Of a stretch of 45,978 nucleotides of DNA, positions 19,904-27,682 are shown piece by piece; position 1 is the stretch's first letter; every line of letters starts with the position of its first letter. Source of the stretch: Gammaproteobacteria bacterium (GTDB lineage Bacteria; Pseudomonadota; Gammaproteobacteria; Steroidobacterales; Rariloculaceae); the NCBI GenBank assembly GCA_029243585.1, contig JAQWRR010000092.1, positions 1-45,978 of the forward strand. Reading direction: 5' to 3'. The notes under the pieces were generated by a model. It was not told the DNA's origin. It did no database searches and saw only the letters and a list, made by a program, of their open reading frames with translations. The position numbers and the translations under genes were made by a program.

Positions 19904-20140
19904 ATGAGTGTCATAATTAAATATTGTGGACGTTGAAATTATCTTTCAGCTGCCACCGGTCTGGAGGCAAAAATAAAGAAAAAATTAGACATCGACGTGA
20001 GGCTTATTGAGGGGAGCAATGGTGTATTCAATATTCTTTTTAATAGCGAATCTATTTTTTCAAAAGACAAGGAAGGGCGTTTTCCAGCTGACGAAGAAAT
20101 AATTAAGCTCCTCAAGATTGCGATGCAATCAAAGAGTTAA
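19904..20140 (+). CDS. SelW-like / Rdx-family selenoprotein; selenocysteine encoded by in-frame TGA at 19934-19936 (CGRU motif)
   Basis: The SD GAGGTGG (19894-19900) precedes ATG 19904. The translation is MSVIIKYCGR-U-NYLSAATGLEAKIKKKLDIDVRLIEGSNGVFNILFNSESIFSKDKEGRFPADEEIIKLLKIAMQSKS, ending at TAA 20138-20140. It has a CxxU motif at the N-terminus, Rdx-like downstream motifs, and a SECIS-like hairpin 15 nt after the UGA. It is absent from the ORF track because the TGA splits it. Confidence 0.72.
19951..19969 (+). promoter_or_regulatory. Candidate bacterial SECIS hairpin
   Basis: The fold is UGCC-A-CC[GGUCU]GG-A-GGCA: 4 bp, an A/A mismatch, 2 bp, and an apical loop containing GU. The GGUCUG string is identical to the apical region of the E. 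coli fdhF SECIS as I recall it, shifted 3 nt further from the UGA. Confidence 0.5.
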
Positions 20141-20153
20141 TGGAGTAAATGCT

Positions 20154-20678
20154 TTGTCAGAGCAAGCGCTAAATGAGAGGCTGATTACTGATAGTGTGTG
20201 TTTTGGGTGTGGTCCATCCAATAGCCAAGGGTTAAAGCTAAAGGTTAATTATGATCCGAATGACCCAGAAAAAATCATAGGGCTTTTTTTGCCGGATGCT
20301 TCTTTAATTGGATTTCCCGGCATTACACATGGCGGCATTGTTTTTACAGCTCTTGATTGCATTGCTTGCTGGTCGGGGATGATGCTAACAAAAGGGCCGA
20401 AGGCGCTTTGGCTCTTGAGATCGGCACAAGTCACATATCATCGTCCTGCGAGAGAAGGCGAACCTCTATATCTTTCAGCAACCATACCGAATCTAGCCGA
20501 AGCAGGAAGGGTTCAAACCGTCCACAATGAGGCAAGAAACGAATCAGGCGATTTATTAGTAAACGGCCAGTACAAGATTGTGCCGTTGAGCCCTAAGAAA
20601 TTCATGACTGTGTTAGGGGTTAAAAAACTGCCAGAAGGTTGGGCTTCCTGGTTGAAATCAACAGAGCGAAAGGTGTGA
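20154..20678 (+). CDS. Hotdog-fold thioesterase (PaaI/4HBT-like family)
   Basis: It has CFGCGPSNSQGLKL near the N-terminus and GITHGGIVFTALD, both typical of PaaI-type hotdog proteins. I prefer TTG 20154 (GGAG 8 nt upstream), because the tracked TTG at 20118 would overlap the selenoprotein gene. Confidence 0.75.
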   Translation: MSEQALNERLITDSVCFGCGPSNSQGLKLKVNYDPNDPEKIIGLFLPDASLIGFPGITHGGIVFTALDCIACWSGMMLTKGPKALWLLRSAQVTYHRPAREGEPLYLSATIPNLAEAGRVQTVHNEARNESGDLLVNGQYKIVPLSPKKFMTVLGVKKLPEGWASWLKSTERKV

Positions 20679-20902
20679 CAGAACAACGAGCGAGGCTAAG
20701 TCGTCAGAAATTTTTTCCAGTTTGGGGCGTTGCTGCTCTCCCTGCTGGGGTAATTATCGGCGTTATATTCGGCATAATATTTGGCGCTTTTTTTGGCGTG
20801 CCTGGTATTGGGGCTTCTGTTGGGGCAGCTATTGGGCTTTCGGTTGGCATAGCGCTTTTAGCTGCTGCAATAGTCACGGCAGCCAACAGAGCTAAGAAGT
20901 AG
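20675..20902 (+). CDS. Small glycine-zipper membrane protein (hypothetical)
   Basis: It has GxxxG-rich hydrophobic segments (GVIIGVIFGIIFGAFFGVPGIGASVGAAIGLSVGIALLAAA). A GTG start at 20675 overlaps the thioesterase stop (GTGTGA). The coding status is unproven. Confidence 0.45.
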   Translation: MTEQRARLSRQKFFPVWGVAALPAGVIIGVIFGIIFGAFFGVPGIGASVGAAIGLSVGIALLAAAIVTAANRAKK

Positions 20903-20943
20903 CTTAAACTAAAAGTTTTGTGGTCATTAGTACAGAGTTTGAT

Positions 20944-21588
20944 ATGAATAGGCCCTATGGCACTAAAAATCCTGCTGGTCTTTGGAGCATGCCAGCTGCC
21001 GAGCGGAATAAAGAAGCGATTCTTGAGGTGCTAAAAGGGTGTGTTCCATCTGCTGGAAAAGTGCTTGAGGTGGCCAGCGGTACAGGACAGCATATTGTCC
21101 ATTTTGCTTCCGTTTTAGACAGTCTAGATTGGATTCCTTCTGATCCAGACCCTGATTTTCGTGTTTCCATACAGGCCAGAATGGACCGGGCGAAGCTTGC
21201 TAATATCAAAAGCCCCCTGGATTTAGATGTAATGACAAGGCCTTGGCCTGTTACGCAAGTAGATATGGTTCTTTGTAGCAATATGGTTCATGTTGCGCCC
21301 TGGGAAGCAGCCCAAGAACTTATCAAGGGTTCAGAAGAAGTGTTGTCGGATGTAGGAATTCTTTTTTTGTATGGGCCTTATCGTCGGCATGGGGCTCATA
21401 CTGCGCCGAGCAATGAGTCTTTTGATAGACAGTTGAGGCAGAAAAATTCTGCTTGGGGCGTAAGAGATTTGGAGAGCTTAGAAAAACTAGGACAAAGCGT
21501 AGGGCTTTTTTTAGACGAGGTTGTCGAGATGCCAACAAATAACTTTGGTTTAATCTTTAGGCGTCACCTTCTAAGAATCATACAATGA
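20944..21588 (+). CDS. DUF938-family class I SAM-dependent methyltransferase-like protein
   Basis: It has AAERNKEAILEVL...VLEVASGTGQHIVHFA...WIPSD and a C-terminal MPTNNFGLIFR, which match my memory of DUF938. The start could be ATG 20944 or GTG 20920. Confidence 0.78.
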   Translation: MNRPYGTKNPAGLWSMPAAERNKEAILEVLKGCVPSAGKVLEVASGTGQHIVHFASVLDSLDWIPSDPDPDFRVSIQARMDRAKLANIKSPLDLDVMTRPWPVTQVDMVLCSNMVHVAPWEAAQELIKGSEEVLSDVGILFLYGPYRRHGAHTAPSNESFDRQLRQKNSAWGVRDLESLEKLGQSVGLFLDEVVEMPTNNFGLIFRRHLLRIIQ

Positions 21589-21714
21589 AGTGGAATTAGT
21601 ATTTGGGTTTGAAATAAAAAGAATTTTTAGAAGATATAAATGGTAAAAATATTCTACAAAGTGTAACTTCACGCGCCCGGTAGGGGTTATAACTTAAATG
21701 CACAGGAGGCAGGG

Positions 21715-21996
21715 ATGGCACAGGCAACGGCTCGACATATACTCGTCGATAGTGAGGAATTCTGCATACAGTTGAAAGATCAGATAGCGGAAGGAGGAGA
21801 CTTTGCGGCACTTGCCCAAGAGCATTCTAGCTGCCCATCTGGACAAAGAGGTGGGGATTTGGGTTCTTTTGGGCCAGGACAAATGGTGCAAGAATTCGAT
21901 ACGGTTGTTTTTAGTGCTGCCATAAATGACGTTCAGGGGCCTGTAAAAACCCAGTTTGGTTATCACTTGATCGAAGTAACTAGTCGCTCTGATTGA
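21715..21996 (+). CDS. ppiC: Peptidyl-prolyl cis-trans isomerase C (parvulin)
   Basis: 93 aa with ARHILV, CPS...GGDLG.F..GQMV..FD..VF and GYHLIEV. It has a strong SD (AGGAGG). Confidence 0.9.
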   Translation: MAQATARHILVDSEEFCIQLKDQIAEGGDFAALAQEHSSCPSGQRGGDLGSFGPGQMVQEFDTVVFSAAINDVQGPVKTQFGYHLIEVTSRSD

Positions 21997-22008
21997 CAGG
22001 AAGCCTAG

Positions 22009-22236
22009 GCGTATTCATTGAGTGAAGATGAGTTGAGGTCTGCATTTGCAGGTTTCGGTGATGTTTCCTCCGTAAAAATTTTATCGGATCGGGAGACTGG
22101 ACGATCTAGGGGGTTTGGTTTCGTTGAGATGCCTAATCAAGAAGAAGGTGAAGCAGCTTTTGCATAATTAAACGGAACAGATGTTGGTGGGCGCGCATTG
22201 CGAGTAAATGAGGCTAAGCTTAGAGAGCAGAGTTAG
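22009..22236 (+). pseudogene. Decayed RRM-type RNA-binding protein gene (RNP2 strand missing, internal TAA)
   Basis: The frame reads AYSLSEDELRSAFAGFGDVSSVKILSDRETGRSRGFGFVEMPNQEEGEAAFA*LNGTDVGGRALRVNEAKLREQS*. RNP1 (RGFGFVEM) is intact. The N-terminal MNIYVGNL-type RNP2 is absent (TAG at 22006-22008, only 9 nt after the ppiC stop codon), and a TAA at 22165-22167 interrupts the domain. Confidence 0.65.
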
Positions 22237-22368
22237 GCTCAAATCTCATCTCCCGCTAAATTTTCCGAAATAACAATGTGGCTCCATATGCATAGTCTTG
22301 GCTAGGACTGTCAGTTATTTTATCAATCTGTTAGTTTCTGAGATGAACAGAAGCATGGGGCTATATCG

Positions 22369-23568
22369 ATGAAAGACGAATCCGAAACCGACATGAAACC
22401 TAAAATGAGGCGCCGGGAATTTCTTTCCTCGGCAGCAATTCCAGTAGCGGCTGCACTAGCAACGCCAAGTCTGTTTGCGCAAGACTCCCGGCCGGTTACG
22501 CGACGAATAGGGGGCAAGATTCGCGTGGGCATCATAGGTGCGGGCACGGTCGTTCGCGAAGTAATGATTCCAGGATTTAAAAAAATACCGGCATGTGAAG
22601 TTGTGGCAGTTGCGAACCGATCTTTACAATCCAGTCGACGGGTAGCCGATGAGTTCAATATTCCACGAGCCTATTCTAACTGGCAAGAGCTACTAGGTGA
22701 TGATGGGATTGATGCGGTCTTAATAGGTACCTGGCCTTACATGCACCATATGATTACATTAGCGTCTCTTGAGAGTGGGAAACACGTTTTGTGTCAGGCG
22801 CGCATGTCGAATACTGCGGCAGAGGCTCATGAAATGCTGGCAGCTTCCAGACAGAATCCAGACCTTGTTTGTCAGCTAGTGCCCACTTCTACCAGTTATG
22901 TGATCGATAGAGCTTTGCAGCGCTTGTTAGAGGAATCTTATGTGGGCGAGGTACTTTCAGTTGAGATTCAGAGGGTGCAGCGCCGATTTGCAGACTTTGG
23001 TGGAGATCTTCATTGGCGTCATGATCGAGAGTTCAGTGGTTATAACGTTCTAAATATCGGATCCACCTATGAATCGATGCTGCGATGGTTTGGTGCTGGA
23101 AAACGAGTAATGGCGATGACAAAGGTACACGTACCGAGCAGACGTAACTCAGATGGAGAATTACAGTCTGTCAGTATTCCGGATCACGTCGATGTTCTGT
23201 ATGAGCTAGATAATGGTGCCCAAGTCCATATGAAGTTCAGTGCGACTAGTGGTTTATCGAATGGAAATCATACTTGGGTTTTCGGCAGCGAAGGAACGAT
23301 CCACATAGCAGGTACACCAGGACGTGTGGATAGCGGCCAGAATATTTTTATTGGTCGACGGGGAGACATCCAGCTTACTGAACTTCCTAATCCTTCAGAT
23401 CAACAGGCCTTCTATCGGGTAGAAGAGGAGTTCATTAACGCAATTCTAGGCGTGGAAGAGGTGACAATGGCAACTTTCGAAACAGGTACACAGTACATGG
23501 AGTGGACTGAGGCGGTTTATAGGAGTTCAGAATCTGGTGCTGCCATTGATCTGCCATTAAGGCTCTAG
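22369..23568 (+). CDS. Tat-exported Gfo/Idh/MocA-family oxidoreductase
   Basis: It has a twin-arginine signal (MRRREFLSSAAIPVAAALATPSLFAQ), a Rossmann region (VGIIGAGTVVRE) and a family-typical core. The start is ATG 22369 or 22393. Confidence 0.85.
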   Translation: MKDESETDMKPKMRRREFLSSAAIPVAAALATPSLFAQDSRPVTRRIGGKIRVGIIGAGTVVREVMIPGFKKIPACEVVAVANRSLQSSRRVADEFNIPRAYSNWQELLGDDGIDAVLIGTWPYMHHMITLASLESGKHVLCQARMSNTAAEAHEMLAASRQNPDLVCQLVPTSTSYVIDRALQRLLEESYVGEVLSVEIQRVQRRFADFGGDLHWRHDREFSGYNVLNIGSTYESMLRWFGAGKRVMAMTKVHVPSRRNSDGELQSVSIPDHVDVLYELDNGAQVHMKFSATSGLSNGNHTWVFGSEGTIHIAGTPGRVDSGQNIFIGRRGDIQLTELPNPSDQQAFYRVEEEFINAILGVEEVTMATFETGTQYMEWTEAVYRSSESGAAIDLPLRL

Positions 23569-23625
23569 GAGCCAAACGTAAGATATCAGTTATAAGTTTC
23601 TCAAAAAAATGATGCGTCTATCGTG

Positions 23626-24534
23626 CTAGTGAATTATAAAAGAATCATTCAGAAGTCCTTCCGCTGCATACTTAATTAGCAATGAGTCATCATGAGAGGG
23701 GATTACCAGTAAATTCTCTTTAAGGAGCCCATTAAGCCAAGTTAGTTGAGTCACTAAGGCCTGTGGGTCTTCGCCAATTCTATTAATAGTTGACTGAGGT
23801 CTTGGTTTTATCTCTATGACATTATCTAGTGACCATCCAATATCACCAATAAAAACATATTCTATGCCGGCTTCTAGCTGAGCATAAACTATCTGATGGC
23901 CTGGCGTATGGCCGGCCGCTCTGACCAGAACTATTCCAGGGGCTATTGGCAGAAACTTATCGTAATCTATGACAATGTATTTAGCGGCCAGGTTTTCCGT
24001 TAAGCCAATTTCAGGCAGTTGAGGCGAATCGATTAAAGTGTTTACTTGGGCTTTTGTTAAAATTGTTTTACTAGCGATTTCATCTCGAATATCGCTACGT
24101 ATAACGCCGGCAATGTGATCACCATGTTCGTGGGTAATTAAGACCATATTCGCCTGCCGCAAAGCGTCTTGTACCATCTGATTACGTTCTGGCCAGTAGG
24201 GTTCAATACGTCCAAATCCATAAAATTGGTGGACTGTTTCATCCATGCCCGCATCGATCATCACAGAGCCATCTTGATAGACAATCTGAAACGCAGTACG
24301 AGCTGAAATAAATGGCTCTTCCCCCCCGTCTTCGATAACTACTGAATATGTTCTATGACTCTCGGCAAACTTAACGAAATTAATAGAGGTTGGAAGCGCT
24401 CCTGGTATAGCACGCGAAGCATCACGGATTTGTGTGAGGAGATCAGCAGAATACGTAAGGTCCTGTGCGAGGGGGCTATTTGTGGTAATGCTGGTAAGTA
24501 CTATAGCAAGTAGACGGTATGGTTTTTTTATCAT
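23626..24534 (-). CDS. Secreted MBL-fold metallo-hydrolase
   Basis: It has a signal peptide ending at ...SPLAQD, the HxHxDH motif (THEHGDHIAG), then AAGHTPGH and a distal SHD. Confidence 0.85.
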   Translation of the reverse strand: MIKKPYRLLAIVLTSITTNSPLAQDLTYSADLLTQIRDASRAIPGALPTSINFVKFAESHRTYSVVIEDGGEEPFISARTAFQIVYQDGSVMIDAGMDETVHQFYGFGRIEPYWPERNQMVQDALRQANMVLITHEHGDHIAGVIRSDIRDEIASKTILTKAQVNTLIDSPQLPEIGLTENLAAKYIVIDYDKFLPIAPGIVLVRAAGHTPGHQIVYAQLEAGIEYVFIGDIGWSLDNVIEIKPRPQSTINRIGEDPQALVTQLTWLNGLLKENLLVIPSHDDSLLIKYAAEGLLNDSFIIH

Positions 24535-24585
24535 TCCCTTGGTGCCAGCTTTTGATGAGCATAATTACTCATAAAAGTATTTTGC

Positions 24586-24801
24586 CTAATATGTTCTGAT
24601 AATAGTGGTATCAAACGAGTTAATAATTCTGCTTTGCTCCGTAAATTCTATTTGTCCGCCCGAATTAATTTTCGAGTTGATTGCACCAATATCGGTTGGT
24701 TGTGCGAGTGCTTTAGTAAAAACTATACCTAAGATAATTCCTGTAAATATACCTGTAACAATCATGAAGCTATCGTAAAAACGTTTATCTCTTTTATCCA
24801 A
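24586..24801 (-). CDS. Hypothetical single-pass membrane protein
   Basis: A 71-aa ORF with one TM segment (FMIVTGIFTGIILGIVF), co-oriented between ubiK and the MBL hydrolase gene. I recognise no family, so the coding status is uncertain. Confidence 0.35.
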   Translation of the reverse strand: MDKRDKRFYDSFMIVTGIFTGIILGIVFTKALAQPTDIGAINSKINSGGQIEFTEQSRIINSFDTTIIRTY

Positions 24802-24839
24802 GCGTTCCTCCTTTTATATGGTCGAAATTAAATCGATTT

Positions 24840-25127
24840 TTAATCGATTTGTTGGGAATCCTCTAGTTCGGCTAACCGGGTTTCCAGTAATTCCAATTTC
24901 TCACGCGTTCTAGCCAAAACAGCGGTTTGAATATCAAATTCTTCGCGAGTCACGAGATCCATTTTTGACAATGTAGATTGAGTAATAGACTTGAAGTTTC
25001 GCTCAACATCTTCGCCGATGGACTTTAAGTTGCCTGGCACTGCATCGGCTAACTGCTTGGCTAGTCTATCCAATGTCGGGCGTTCGGATTGGTTGGTCAT
25101 TTTTAATACCGTTTCATCTATAAACAT
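24840..25127 (-). CDS. ubiK: Ubiquinone biosynthesis accessory factor UbiK (YqiC/BMFP family)
   Basis: It has DLVTREEFDIQTAVLARTREKLELLETRLAELE, the characteristic UbiK coiled-coil motif. ATG 25100 (MTNQ...) is an alternative start. Confidence 0.75.
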   Translation of the reverse strand: MFIDETVLKMTNQSERPTLDRLAKQLADAVPGNLKSIGEDVERNFKSITQSTLSKMDLVTREEFDIQTAVLARTREKLELLETRLAELEDSQQID

Positions 25128-25280
25128 AGTCGATAGCGACAGGGGTTAACCTGAAGTTGTCACATTACACATGATACCCTCAACAAGCATGAAGGTTTGG
25201 AAAAACATATTCAAACCCCTTTCGCTTAAGAGACTATAGGTATGGTAAAACAGATATAGAGTAACCATTGTTTTAAAACT

Positions 25281-26396
25281 ATGAGTGATCAGATCATAAA
25301 AGACCCGCCTGATTTAGAGGACAATGGCCCTGTGCAGGTTCAAAGTACAGCGGATTTTATGGCTAAAAACGAGCTAGTAACCATGAAAAGTAAAGGTCTT
25401 TATGCCACGGTATTTTTAGCTTTATTGCTGGCTTTAATGTCAGTTTTTTCAACCGGGTATCTTTGGTGGCAGCATCAAATTTATTCGACCATGCTAAGAC
25501 AGTCTGAAAGCCAATTTGTAGAGTCAATTCGCGATATACAGGGCATGCTTGACTCATTTAGAGACAGGGTTGATTCACTACAGAATGCAAATGAAGACGC
25601 TCGTAATATTGCGCGTGATCTAGATAGGCGTTTGGAGGAATTTCCTGAGCGTTTTCAGACTTTGGAGCGAAGTCTTAACTCATTACAAGGGGGTTCAGAT
25701 TCTGCAAGGCGCGAGTGGATACGAGCAGAAGCTGAGTATTATCTAGTGACTGCTAATACAGCATTAGGCCTAAGCAATAATTGGGAAGGTGCTATTACCG
25801 CTTTGGAATTGGCTGACGCCAAGCTTAGGGAGTTGGGAAACCCGTCATTTCGTGTTGTTAATGAGCAGATTTTAGAAGAGCTGGAATCATTGGTAGCAGT
25901 TCAGCTACCAGATAAAGAGGGCTTAAGTTATAGCCTTGCAAGGCTTTTAGAAAGCGTGGAATCATTACCTATCGCTTCGGTGGCGCCTGTGGACTTAGGC
26001 GGCGACCAAGACTCAATTGAAAATATTACGTCAAATTTAGAGCGTATCTGGTACAGCTTTAAACAAACAATGAATGAGATGATTAGCGTTGAACGTGCAG
26101 AGGGTGATTCAAAAAGAATGTTCAGTAATGAAGAGCAAGCATTAGTCAGAAGGCAGCTAGAACTCGAGTTGGAGCTTGCCAGGCTTGCGTTGTTTAGGGC
26201 TCAGGGGGGTGTATTTGAAGTTAGCCTGAGTGCTGCCAGCGCTTTACTTGACCGAGAATTTGATGCTTCAGATCAAAGAGTAGAAAGTGCTCTCCTGCTT
26301 TTACAGGAGATGGCAAACCTAAATATTGAGCCGGAGCTACCTGATATTAGCGGATCCCTCGAATTGTTGCGCAGGCTTTCGGATAGAGAAGGCTAA
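25281..26396 (+). CDS. hemX: HemX-like protein (putative uroporphyrinogen-III C-methyltransferase family, membrane-anchored coiled coil)
   Basis: It has one TM helix, then long coiled-coil segments and the REWIRAEAEYYLVTAN motif typical of HemX. It is directly followed by hemY, with an ATGA-type overlap. Confidence 0.75.
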   Translation: MSDQIIKDPPDLEDNGPVQVQSTADFMAKNELVTMKSKGLYATVFLALLLALMSVFSTGYLWWQHQIYSTMLRQSESQFVESIRDIQGMLDSFRDRVDSLQNANEDARNIARDLDRRLEEFPERFQTLERSLNSLQGGSDSARREWIRAEAEYYLVTANTALGLSNNWEGAITALELADAKLRELGNPSFRVVNEQILEELESLVAVQLPDKEGLSYSLARLLESVESLPIASVAPVDLGGDQDSIENITSNLERIWYSFKQTMNEMISVERAEGDSKRMFSNEEQALVRRQLELELELARLALFRAQGGVFEVSLSAASALLDREFDASDQRVESALLLLQEMANLNIEPELPDISGSLELLRRLSDREG

Positions 26397-27682
26397 TGAG
26401 GACGGGGTTTTGGATTCTGATGGCTTTATTTTTTGGAGTATTCATCTCAAATTTTTTGTTACAGGATCGTGGCTATGTGCTCATAAATTTTATGGGATAC
26501 GTTGTTGAGATGTCTGTCCCAGGCTTAGCATTAACATTAGTGGCTGCCTATGCTGTTATTAGAGTATTAGTTGCGGTTTGGAATGCACCACGTCGTTTAG
26601 GTGCAGCTTTAGTAGAAAGACGTGTAAGGCGTGCAGGAGAAAAGCTAACACTTGGTCTGATGCATATTTCTGAAGGTGACTGGTCCAAGGGGGAGCGATT
26701 GTTGGCACAGAGCCTAAGGGGTACAGATGCTCCGCTTATTAGTTACCTTCTTGCAGCACGAGCAGCCCAGTCACAAGGCTCAGATAGTCGCCGAGATAAT
26801 TGGTTGAAGTTGGCGTATGAGGAGCTGCCAAAAGCGAAAACAACTATTTTGCTAACCCAGGCCGAACTCCAGCTTGAACATAAGGAGTTTGAGCAAACAC
26901 TAGCAACATTAAGTAATATTCAAAAAAAAGAACCTAATCATCCCGTCTTGCTTGCATTGCTTGCGAAGCTTTACCATGCATCCGAGCAATGGGAAGAGCT
27001 TGTCGAACTGTTGCCTCAATTGGGTTCTGCACGGTTGGAAACGGCGGAGTTGGAAGGCCTTTGCACATCAGCGCTGCAGTCATATTGGGCACGCCCTAAA
27101 ATTACCTATGAAAAAATAGATTCCGTATGGCAAAAACTGCCTATACGGCTTCGTAGAATTCCAAAAATAATAGCGGTCCATTCAATGGCAATTAGTTTAT
27201 GTGGATATGGCAAGGAAGCTGAAAAAGAGCTAAGAACAGCGTTAAAAGCTGAATGGAATGATAATTTAGTGCTTGCGTATGGAAAAATTTCTGATGGAGA
27301 TGCTGAAAAACAATTGCGCTATGTTGAAGAATGGCTTGAGAGGCACACAGAGGATGATGGTTTGCTGCTTACAGCGGCAAGGCTTTGTATGACATTAGAA
27401 TTTTGGGGAAAAGCCCGGAGCTACCTTGAGTCTAGCTTAGCTATGTCACCTAGGACAGATGCTTTTGTCTTATATGGACGTCTTCTTAAGCAGTTTGGAG
27501 AAGAGGACAATGCTGCCCTCGCATTTAGATCTGGCTTAAGTTTAGTTACTAGTGCCGTTGAAGAGATGCCTCTACTTGATGGTCCTGAAAGTACTCTAAA
27601 AGGCGATTCGGATATATTGAAAAAGGACTCTTCATTAGAGCTTATCGAGGCTGAGAGCGTCTCGAATCCAGCCATTCGATAA
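26396..27682 (+). CDS. hemY: HemY-like TPR membrane protein
   Basis: It has two N-terminal TM helices, a HemY_N-like region and TPR-like repeats. It is paired with hemX. Confidence 0.8.
   Translation: MRTGFWILMALFFGVFISNFLLQDRGYVLINFMGYVVEMSVPGLALTLVAAYAVIRVLVAVWNAPRRLGAALVERRVRRAGEKLTLGLMHISEGDWSKGERLLAQSLRGTDAPLISYLLAARAAQSQGSDSRRDNWLKLAYEELPKAKTTILLTQAELQLEHKEFEQTLATLSNIQKKEPNHPVLLALLAKLYHASEQWEELVELLPQLGSARLETAELEGLCTSALQSYWARPKITYEKIDSVWQKLPIRLRRIPKIIAVHSMAISLCGYGKEAEKELRTALKAEWNDNLVLAYGKISDGDAEKQLRYVEEWLERHTEDDGLLLTAARLCMTLEFWGKARSYLESSLAMSPRTDAFVLYGRLLKQFGEEDNAALAFRSGLSLVTSAVEEMPLLDGPESTLKGDSDILKKDSSLELIEAESVSNPAIR

Noticed and set aside
20118-20153. The tracked TTG start (20118) of the thioesterase ORF.
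   Set aside because: It would overlap the last 23 nt of the selenoprotein coding frame and adds a non-conserved MRCNQRVNGVNA extension. TTG 20154, with GGAG 8 nt upstream, fits better.
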